A model generated the notes under the pieces. It was given only the letters and a program-made list of their open reading frames with translations. It searched no databases and was not told the origin of the DNA. A stretch of DNA of 64,000 bases from Candidatus Omnitrophota bacterium (GTDB lineage: Bacteria > Omnitrophota > Gorgyraeia > Gygaellales > Profunditerraquicolaceae), in assembly GCA_028712375.1 (NCBI GenBank), contig JAQTQG010000004.1:5303-69302 (forward strand), read 5' to 3'. This document shows, piece by piece, positions 56,876 to 64,000 of this stretch. Made by a program: the position numbers and the translations under genes. How positions within the stretch are numbered: position 1 is the first letter of the stretch; every line of letters begins with the position of its first letter.

Positions 56876-58048
56876 GTGAAAATAAAATACTTGAGGTGGC
56901 TGGATAAATATTTAGGGTTTTTATTTATTATCCCGCTCAGCATATTTAAAATTTTTTCTCGAAAATCCCGCCTTACTGATACCCGGAAGATCAACAAGAT
57001 ATTAATTATTAAATTTTGGGGGTTTGGGAGTATAGTTTTAGCGTATGATTTTTTCCAGGCTATCCGTCAAAAACATCCGGATGCTTATCTTTGCGTTTTG
57101 ACCTTAAAACAAAACAGCCAGATCTTTGAGCTGGCCGGCCTATTTGACCGGATAATTGGCATTGATATTAAAAACATATTCAGCTTCGGCTGTAATATAA
57201 TCAAAGTAATTTTGGAATTGAGAAAGCAGAGTTTCGATGTGTCTTTTGATTTTGAATTTACTTCCAGGTTTTCGGCGATAGTTTCCTGTTTAATTAATGC
57301 TAAAAGAAGCGTTGGTTTCGATTATGACGGAGTATGGAGGGGAAAGTTTTTTTCTGATGTCCTGCATTTTCAGGAAGATAAAAAATTAAGAGTTTCTTAT
57401 TTAGAGATGTCCCGTTTGATCGGAGGGGATAGCGATTTTGCTTTTGCCCCTTTGCAACTGCAAATAGAAAATGAACAAAAAGTAATTGTTGATAACTTGC
57501 TTAAAGAAGAGTCGCTGGATGAATTAGAATCTTTTATCGGGATCAATATTAATGCCAGCGAATTGAGCCTGCTGAGGCGTTGGCCAAAAGAGTATTTTGT
57601 GATTTTAGCCGAGGAGCTAATTAACCTGTATTCTTTGCACATCATATTTTTAGGCTCGAAAGATGACCTGGAATATGTTGATTCCGCGATTGGCCTGATA
57701 CATCAGAAGAAAAAGGCATATGTCCATGATTTTTCCGGCAGGCTTTCTTTAACGCAAATGGCTTACCTCATGGGCAAGTTCAAATTATTTATTTCCAATG
57801 ACAGCGGGCCGCTGCATTTGGCGGCATATTTAAAGATACCCACGGTATCTTTCTTCGGTCCGGAAACACCGCTTATTTACGGCCCGGAGGGGGATAAGGA
57901 CATTGTTTTTTATAAAAATTTAAGTTGCAGCCCCTGCATGCGCGTTAGAAATTATAAACACGCCAAGTGCCAGAATCATCAATATTGCCTGGTTGAAATA
58001 AAACCTTCGGAAGTCTTAAATGAAATCAAGCGAAAAAACATATTTTAA
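56876..58048 (+). CDS. Family-9 glycosyltransferase (heptosyltransferase-like)
   Basis: GT9 architecture. C-terminal ISNDSGPLHLAAYL motif. Confidence 0.7.
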   Translation: MKIKYLRWLDKYLGFLFIIPLSIFKIFSRKSRLTDTRKINKILIIKFWGFGSIVLAYDFFQAIRQKHPDAYLCVLTLKQNSQIFELAGLFDRIIGIDIKNIFSFGCNIIKVILELRKQSFDVSFDFEFTSRFSAIVSCLINAKRSVGFDYDGVWRGKFFSDVLHFQEDKKLRVSYLEMSRLIGGDSDFAFAPLQLQIENEQKVIVDNLLKEESLDELESFIGININASELSLLRRWPKEYFVILAEELINLYSLHIIFLGSKDDLEYVDSAIGLIHQKKKAYVHDFSGRLSLTQMAYLMGKFKLFISNDSGPLHLAAYLKIPTVSFFGPETPLIYGPEGDKDIVFYKNLSCSPCMRVRNYKHAKCQNHQYCLVEIKPSEVLNEIKRKNIF

Positions 58049-58739
58049 TAAAATTTCTGACAGTTTTGATACCGGTTTTAACGTTTATGGCAAGCCGGCG
58101 GGCAATCTGCGCGTGCTCAGGAGGGTGGAGTTGTTTGCCAAATATTGTAGTTTAAAAAAAGGATCCAAGATCCTTGAAATCGGCTGCGGTACCGGTGAAT
58201 ATAGCAAGGCTTTGCTCAAAGATGATTTTTCATTGCTGGCTACTGATTTGTCTATAAACATGCTGGCGAAAGCGAGGATAAAATTAAATGCCGCAAAGAA
58301 TATAACTTTTTTTGCTTCCGATGCCGGGTATCTGCCGATTTCGGATAGCAGTTGTGATGTCGTCCTGGGGAATTCAGTTTTGCATCATCTGGAGACAGAA
58401 AGCGCCTTAAAAGAAATATACCGGGTAATGAAGAAGGGCGGCCGTTTTGCTTTTTCGGAACCGAACATCTTAAACCCCTATATTTTTCTGCAGAAAAATA
58501 TAAAATTTATTAAAAAACTAACCGGTGATTCTCCTGATGAGCGGGCTTTTTCCCGCAGGAACCTAAAAAAAATGTTTGAGGGTGCGGGATTTAAAAGTGT
58601 GTTTATTAAACCGTTTGATTTTTTGTTCCCGCATACTCCGTCTTCGTTTGTGAACTTAGTTAATAAGCTGGGTTTACTTTTAGAAAAAACATTGTTGAAA
58701 GAAATTGCCGGGTCATTATTTGTAACGGGTGAAAAATGA
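58020..58739 (+). CDS. Class I SAM-dependent methyltransferase
   Basis: Motif I ILEIGCGTGEY and motif post-I LLATDLS. Confidence 0.7.
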   Translation: MKSSEKTYFNKISDSFDTGFNVYGKPAGNLRVLRRVELFAKYCSLKKGSKILEIGCGTGEYSKALLKDDFSLLATDLSINMLAKARIKLNAAKNITFFASDAGYLPISDSSCDVVLGNSVLHHLETESALKEIYRVMKKGGRFAFSEPNILNPYIFLQKNIKFIKKLTGDSPDERAFSRRNLKKMFEGAGFKSVFIKPFDFLFPHTPSSFVNLVNKLGLLLEKTLLKEIAGSLFVTGEK

Positions 58740-60154
58740 AAGTATATCTTGTTAATCCTCCTGCCTGTGATGGCATAAAAATGGTCAGAGAAGGCCGGTG
58801 CATGCAGAGAAAGGGGGCTTGGACCACGGTGTGGCCTCCGGTTACTTTGGCCACCATGGCGGCTATGTTTTTAAAAGAAGGCATCGAAGTAAAATTAGAT
58901 GATTGTATTGTGGGAAATATATCTTTTGACCAATTAAAATTAAATATCAGGCAGTTTGACCCGGATCTGTTGGTGATTAATACTGCCACTGCGTCCATAA
59001 ATTCGGACTTGAGTTGTGCAAAAATCGCCAAAGAAGTTTCTGCGCGGATAAAGACTTTGGCCTTTGGCCTGCATGTTACGGCGTTGCCGGATGAGTCGCT
59101 AAAGAGCCAGCCGGCTTTAGATTTTGTAATCCGCGGCGAACCCGAATTTTGCCTTCTAGAGACGGTTAGAGCATTAAAAGATAGCTGCCTCAAAATTAAT
59201 ACCATAAAAGGCTTGTCTTACCGTAGCCCGGGAGGAATAAGCCATAACCCGGATTTAGAATTTAACGATAACCTGGATGTTTTACCCTTTCCCGCCTGGG
59301 AGCTGATTGATGTTAATCACTATCTTTTGCCTTTAAGCGGGGAACCTTTTTTGCTGATTATGACGGCTAAAGGGTGCCCGCATGCTTGCTTATTCTGCCC
59401 GGCAAAGCCTTATTACGGAAGCCGCCTGCGGCAGCGGGATCATAAAATTGTGGTTGATGAGATGGAGTATGATAAAAGAAGATTTAAAGTCCGCCAGTTT
59501 CTTATCTGGAGTGAGTCTTTTACGGAAGACCGGGAGTATACCGTTAAATTGTGCAATGAAATAATTAACCGTAAGATTGGCGTATCCTGGGTATGTAACA
59601 GCCGCGTGGATAAGGTGGATTTAGAGTTGCTTAAGCTGATGCGGCATGCCGGCTGCTGGATGATCGGTTATGGCATAGAATCCGGTAGCCAGGAGATACT
59701 GGATGCGGCAAACAAAGGCACTACAATTAAGCAAATAGAGGATGCGGTTAATATGGCCAAATCCGCCGGGCTGGAAACTACCGGGCATGTTATTTTTGGT
59801 TTGCCGAAAGAAACAATGGAAAGCGGTTTAAAAACAATAAATTGGCTTAAAAAATTAAATATAGATTTTATTCAGGTTTATTGCGCTGTTCCCTGGCCTT
59901 CCACAGCTCTTTATCATATCGCCAGGGAGAACGGGTGGCTAAAGACGCGAAATTGGGAATTATATGAACAGAATAATTGTGTGATGGAGGCGGGAAGGGC
60001 CACTGTTAAGCAAGTCGAATCTCTAAGGAAAATGGCAATTGTAAAATTCTATTTATCTCCCAAGCGTATATTCAGGGTATTAAAAAAAATAAATTCATTT
60101 AAAAAAGCCGGAATGCTTTTTAATATGTTTAAAGAATTTGCCGATTGGATATAG
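58736..60154 (+). CDS. B12-binding-domain radical SAM protein
   Basis: N-terminal B12-binding-like domain. CPHACLFCP (CxxxCxxC) radical SAM cluster motif. Confidence 0.8.
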   Translation: MKVYLVNPPACDGIKMVREGRCMQRKGAWTTVWPPVTLATMAAMFLKEGIEVKLDDCIVGNISFDQLKLNIRQFDPDLLVINTATASINSDLSCAKIAKEVSARIKTLAFGLHVTALPDESLKSQPALDFVIRGEPEFCLLETVRALKDSCLKINTIKGLSYRSPGGISHNPDLEFNDNLDVLPFPAWELIDVNHYLLPLSGEPFLLIMTAKGCPHACLFCPAKPYYGSRLRQRDHKIVVDEMEYDKRRFKVRQFLIWSESFTEDREYTVKLCNEIINRKIGVSWVCNSRVDKVDLELLKLMRHAGCWMIGYGIESGSQEILDAANKGTTIKQIEDAVNMAKSAGLETTGHVIFGLPKETMESGLKTINWLKKLNIDFIQVYCAVPWPSTALYHIARENGWLKTRNWELYEQNNCVMEAGRATVKQVESLRKMAIVKFYLSPKRIFRVLKKINSFKKAGMLFNMFKEFADWI

Positions 60155-60157
60155 CTG

Positions 60158-62059
60158 ATGAATAAAAATAACGTTCCTAATCTTGTAATTTTTATTTTCT
60201 TTTTTGTTGTGTGTTCTATCTTGTATTTTAATGCTTTGAATAACAGTTTCATATTAGACGATAAGTTCTTGATAGTGGAAAATCAGTATGTAAAAAACTT
60301 TTCTCTGCAGAAAATATTTTCTGCGGATGTTTTTAGTTTTAAGCCTCAAGTAGCCGGTGATTCCGGAGGATACTACCGCCCGCTTCAGCTGTTAAGTTAT
60401 TCTCTGGAATATTTTATCTGGAAGCTTAATCCGCAGGGGTACCGTTTTGATAATATCCTCCTGCACAGTATTAACGGGTTTCTTATATTCCTGCTTATTT
60501 TTTTAATTCTTAAAAATAAGATTTTAGCTTTTTTAAGCGGGCTGTTTTTTTGTATTCACCCGGCGCAGGTATGCCTGGTGGCTTTTATTGCCGGCCGGTC
60601 AAACCTGCTGGAAACTTTTTTCATGTTTTCTTCGCTTTTTACTTTTATTTATTTTTTTATAAACCGGAAAAAACTGTTTTATTTTTGTTCTTTGTTTCTT
60701 TATGCCGCAGCGCTGCTTACCAGGGAGGGGGCTTTATTGCTTCCCGTTTATATTATAATATGCGCCGTATTTCTGAAGATCAGGAAGAGGGAGATATTTT
60801 TTCTTTTGCTTCCATATATTGCGCTGGCTTTAATTTATCTTATCTTGCGTAATTTATTTATGCCTTGCGATAAAATTAATATTCCTGGCAGCCTGCCTTT
60901 GGGGGGAATCGCTGATTTTGCAGTATTGCTGCAGAGTTATTTTTGGCAGCTTATTCTTCCGTTGAACCTGAAAATTGTTTTAGTAGATGCCAATGTTATT
61001 GTTAAATTTATTTTATATTGTTTTTCTTTTTTGATTTTTATCTATCTGGCGGTTAAGTCCGTTGTTACTAAGAATAAGGTAATTGCTTTTGGGTTGATAA
61101 TTTATCTTGCGGGTTTATTGCCGTTGGTAAAACTCGATGAAATTATGCGTTATTTCGGCCCGGCTCTGACCGAGCATTATGTATATAATGCCTCTATCGG
61201 GTTCTGTATTCTTTTGGCATGGTTATTTACGGGCCTATATTTACATTTCCAAAAAATTACGAAAATTTTATTTGTTTTAGTTTGTTTTTATTTTTCGGGC
61301 TTAACTGTAATAACTAACCGTTATTATAAAGATGAGGCGAGCTTCTATAAATATGTCTTAAGTATTGATAAGCACAATATGATTGCTCATCTTAATCTGG
61401 GGAATGTGTATTATTCAAATAAAGATTACAGTAAAGCGGCTGATGAAGTGAAAGAAGTTTTAGGTATTGAGCCGGATGCCTGGGATGCCTATCTTCTGCT
61501 GGGTAATATTTATAAGGAGCAAGGACAACCTCAACTAGCCATAGCGGCATACCAGAAGGCATTTTTATTGAACCCGCGCTCCGATATAGCGTTGAATAAC
61601 CTGGGTTTAATTTATAAAGAGGCAGGCAATTATGCTGCTTCTTTAGGGGCCTTTGAGCAGTCGCTTAAGATAAAGCCTGATTCACCTTTGGCGTTGGAAA
61701 ATATAGTCTATCTATTTATTAAAAATAAAGAATATGATAAGGCATTTAAAATTTGCGAAAAAATTACGGCAGTAAACCCGGACGATGATAAAGAGTTAGT
61801 TAATGTTGGTGTTTATTGGGCGCAAGCAGAGCGTTTTAAGGAGGCGGAATTTTTTCTACAGGAGGCTTTGCGGTTATTTCCATCTTCAGCCGGGGCGATG
61901 GAGAACCTTGGGTCATTATATGGGAATATCGGCGAATTTGATAAAGCGATATTCTGTTTTAAGCGGGCGCAAGAGCTCAGGCCGCTGGATAAAAAATTGA
62001 AGAAATTGCTTGATGCGGCTATAATGTTGAAGAAACAAACGCAGGCCCGAAGCGGATAA
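60158..62059 (+). CDS. Polytopic membrane protein with C-terminal TPR repeats (PMT/ArnT-like glycosyltransferase family 39/83-like)
   Basis: About 11 TM N-terminal domain. About 7 TPR units in the C-terminal 250 aa. Confidence 0.55.
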   Translation: MNKNNVPNLVIFIFFFVVCSILYFNALNNSFILDDKFLIVENQYVKNFSLQKIFSADVFSFKPQVAGDSGGYYRPLQLLSYSLEYFIWKLNPQGYRFDNILLHSINGFLIFLLIFLILKNKILAFLSGLFFCIHPAQVCLVAFIAGRSNLLETFFMFSSLFTFIYFFINRKKLFYFCSLFLYAAALLTREGALLLPVYIIICAVFLKIRKREIFFLLLPYIALALIYLILRNLFMPCDKINIPGSLPLGGIADFAVLLQSYFWQLILPLNLKIVLVDANVIVKFILYCFSFLIFIYLAVKSVVTKNKVIAFGLIIYLAGLLPLVKLDEIMRYFGPALTEHYVYNASIGFCILLAWLFTGLYLHFQKITKILFVLVCFYFSGLTVITNRYYKDEASFYKYVLSIDKHNMIAHLNLGNVYYSNKDYSKAADEVKEVLGIEPDAWDAYLLLGNIYKEQGQPQLAIAAYQKAFLLNPRSDIALNNLGLIYKEAGNYAASLGAFEQSLKIKPDSPLALENIVYLFIKNKEYDKAFKICEKITAVNPDDDKELVNVGVYWAQAERFKEAEFFLQEALRLFPSSAGAMENLGSLYGNIGEFDKAIFCFKRAQELRPLDKKLKKLLDAAIMLKKQTQARSG

Positions 62060-62159
62060 GAGAAGGCAGCCTGTTGGCTTTGGCAGTTGTTTTCGAGTTA
62101 ATATTTATGGATAAAGATGGGGATGGCGAGATTGGTTTTGAGCCTGTTTACTGATAAAT

Positions 62160-64000
62160 ATGCGTAAAATAACCTTGCTGAATTTTATTGTTTTTCTGGC
62201 ATCATTTCTGTTATTTCAAATCGAATTGATTATATCCAAAATATTGCTTCCGGATTTTGGGGGTAGTTATTCGGTTTGGGGGGCATGCGTAGTTTTTTTT
62301 CAGGCAGTATTATTCCTGGGGTATTTCTTTTCGTATTGTTGGCTTAAAAAGGCCGGGATGAAACATCTTCGGCGGTTTTATTTTGTTTTATTTTTATTTC
62401 CGTTATTCTTTTTCCCCGGTAAAAGTTTTTCCTTCGGCAATCCTGTTAATTTGGGAATTCCTCTGGTTATAAATGTCTTTTGGTACCTTTTTTTCTCTAT
62501 CGGCGCGGTTTTTTTTGCCTTGTCCACAGTTAGTGTGATACTGCAGTCTTGGCTGGGGAATTCGGATTTAGCGGAAAAAAACAATCCCTATGTTCTTTTT
62601 GCTGTTTCTAATCTGGGATCTTTTACGGCGCTAATTACTTATCCGTTATTTTTCGAAGTTTTCCTGGATCTAGATCAGCAGCTTTGGTTTTGGAGGGCGA
62701 TGTATTTTTTGCTTGCAGGGTTGATCATTCTGGCTACCTATTTGGTTAAAGTTTCCGGGCACCATAAAGCAGATAGTAAAATTTTTAAAATGAACGGGAT
62801 TTCTAAAAATAACTGTTGGGAGTGGGTGTTGTTTAGCGCCGCCGGAGTAGTGATGTTTCTTTCGGTGACTAACATTATTACTTATGAGGTTGCCCCGATC
62901 CCTTTACTCTGGGTAGTGCCTTTATGTATTTATCTGGCTTCATTCGTGTTAAATTTTAAACGTAAAAGCTGGTATCCCGCGTGGATAGAGGATAAATTTT
63001 ATTTAGTTTTTGCCTGGAGCGTCCTTTTATTTTTTATAATTTTAATGAGAATCCTGCCATTTATCCTGGAGGCGGTAGTTATCTGTTTATTTTTATTCTA
63101 TATCTGCATGTTTTGCCAGTACCGCCTGTATAAAACTAAACCGGTTGATCTGGATAATTTGCCATTATTTTATTTAATTATATCTTTTGGCGGGTTTCTT
63201 GGCGGGTTATTTGCTACCTGGGTGATGCCGGTTATTTCCACGTCGATTAATGAATATCTTGTAGGCCTTACTTTGATTGCGCTGGCTTTATCCATTGGTG
63301 TTAAGCCCCGGCTGATGGGTTGGCGTAATTTAGCTTTTGTGGTTTATATCTGGTTAACGCTTATTATTTGGCCGATGATCTTTAAAGAATATAATCTTTG
63401 GGGGTTGATTATAATTTTCTTAATTTTTAAAATATGCTATAAGCGCCTTTTTAAATATCCACGCGCGCTCTTTCTTAGCACTTTAATAATATTGTCGCTT
63501 GCTCCATTTATTGATTCCATATGGAAAGATACTAATCTTGTTTTCCGCTACCGTAATTATTACGGATTATATGAAGTGTATGTAAAAAACCAAAAGTACG
63601 TGTTAATGAACGGTACGACCATTCATGGCGTTCAATATCAGGATAAACATAGAGAAAATATCCCTTTGGCTTATTATCATAAGTTTACTCCGGTTGGAGA
63701 GCTGCTTAATTCATTCGGGGGGAATAAAAACATCGGTGTAATCGGCTTAGGCGCTGGCAGTTTGACCGCTTATGCGCAAGCCGGGCAGGAGGTTGATTAT
63801 TTTGAAATTGACCCGGATGTTTATTTTATTGCCAATAATTTATTTACTTTTCTTAAACATTCCAAAGCCAAAATCAATCTTATCTTTGGCGATGCGCGAG
63901 TGCAGATGAAAGAAGCCCCGGCTAAGCGTTATGATATGCTGGTGGTTGATGCTTTTAGCGGTGATGCTATTCCGGTGCACCTTTTAACTACTGAAGCAAT
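62160..64000 (+). CDS. Spermidine-synthase-like protein fused to an N-terminal polytopic membrane domain. 3'-truncated by the window edge.
   Basis: ATG at 62160. Long hydrophobic N-terminal half. C-terminal GLGAGSL...FEIDPDV...DAFSGDAIPVHL aminopropyltransferase motifs. The frame runs open to nt 64000. Confidence 0.6.
   Translation, partial: MRKITLLNFIVFLASFLLFQIELIISKILLPDFGGSYSVWGACVVFFQAVLFLGYFFSYCWLKKAGMKHLRRFYFVLFLFPLFFFPGKSFSFGNPVNLGIPLVINVFWYLFFSIGAVFFALSTVSVILQSWLGNSDLAEKNNPYVLFAVSNLGSFTALITYPLFFEVFLDLDQQLWFWRAMYFLLAGLIILATYLVKVSGHHKADSKIFKMNGISKNNCWEWVLFSAAGVVMFLSVTNIITYEVAPIPLLWVVPLCIYLASFVLNFKRKSWYPAWIEDKFYLVFAWSVLLFFIILMRILPFILEAVVICLFLFYICMFCQYRLYKTKPVDLDNLPLFYLIISFGGFLGGLFATWVMPVISTSINEYLVGLTLIALALSIGVKPRLMGWRNLAFVVYIWLTLIIWPMIFKEYNLWGLIIIFLIFKICYKRLFKYPRALFLSTLIILSLAPFIDSIWKDTNLVFRYRNYYGLYEVYVKNQKYVLMNGTTIHGVQYQDKHRENIPLAYYHKFTPVGELLNSFGGNKNIGVIGLGAGSLTAYAQAGQEVDYFEIDPDVYFIANNLFTFLKHSKAKINLIFGDARVQMKEAPAKRYDMLVVDAFSGDAIPVHLLTTEA

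Noticed and set aside
62378-62584. 68-aa minus-strand ORF near the start of the spermidine-synthase-like gene
   Set aside because: Antisense within a long open + strand frame encoding a coherent membrane domain.
1-64000. Scanned for CRISPR arrays, rRNA genes, integrases, transposases and IS inverted repeats
   Set aside because: No regularly spaced direct repeats and no recombinase or transposase-like translations were seen. The islands therefore lack an identifiable mobility gene in this window.

Overview
This is a 64 kb window from an AT-rich bacterial chromosome with high coding density. Nearly every gene is on the + strand.

Backbone genes: a 5'-truncated giant coiled-coil protein, then a purine-biosynthesis block (purB, a PurS-PurS-PurL fusion, an embedded LOG-family gene, purQ, purF, purM ... 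purD, purE). This is followed by a Bacillus ywlC-ywlE-rpiB-glyA-like block (a Sua5/YrdC–LMW-PTP fusion, rpiB, glyA), then dCMP deaminase and nrdR. The right third carries envelope, glycan and housekeeping genes: epimerase, GT2 with QxxRW, GT9, radical SAM, CCA-adding enzyme, TrpB-like, and a spermidine-synthase-like gene running off the end.

Two accessory insertions stand out. The first is a small islet at 2.7–4.8 kb: RadC, an XRE regulator with a perfect palindromic operator, and a secreted Peptidase_S74 tail-fibre-like protein. The second is a ~16.5 kb accessory or defence island at ~22.4–39 kb, right after nrdR. It contains a DUF1016/YhcG PD-(D/E)XK nuclease, a second RadC, a BrnT/BrnA toxin–antitoxin pair, a translationally coupled operon of a PLD-nuclease–SNF2-helicase fusion (1055 aa) plus a PglX/Eco57I-like N6-adenine methyltransferase (1146 aa), and four tightly linked small genes (two membrane proteins, two unknowns). 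It also holds a tRNA-Ser(UGA)-like gene whose 3' acceptor strand appears disrupted, then DUF2130, HNH, cyclophilin-like and Pif1-like helicase genes.

The PLD–SNF2 + MTase + small-gene cassette is the best candidate for an undescribed DISARM-like or split Type-ISP-like defence system. It is preceded by a putative leader-peptide and attenuator.

No CRISPR array, rRNA, integrase or transposase was seen. All calls are by eye from the translations and sequence. No database searches were run.
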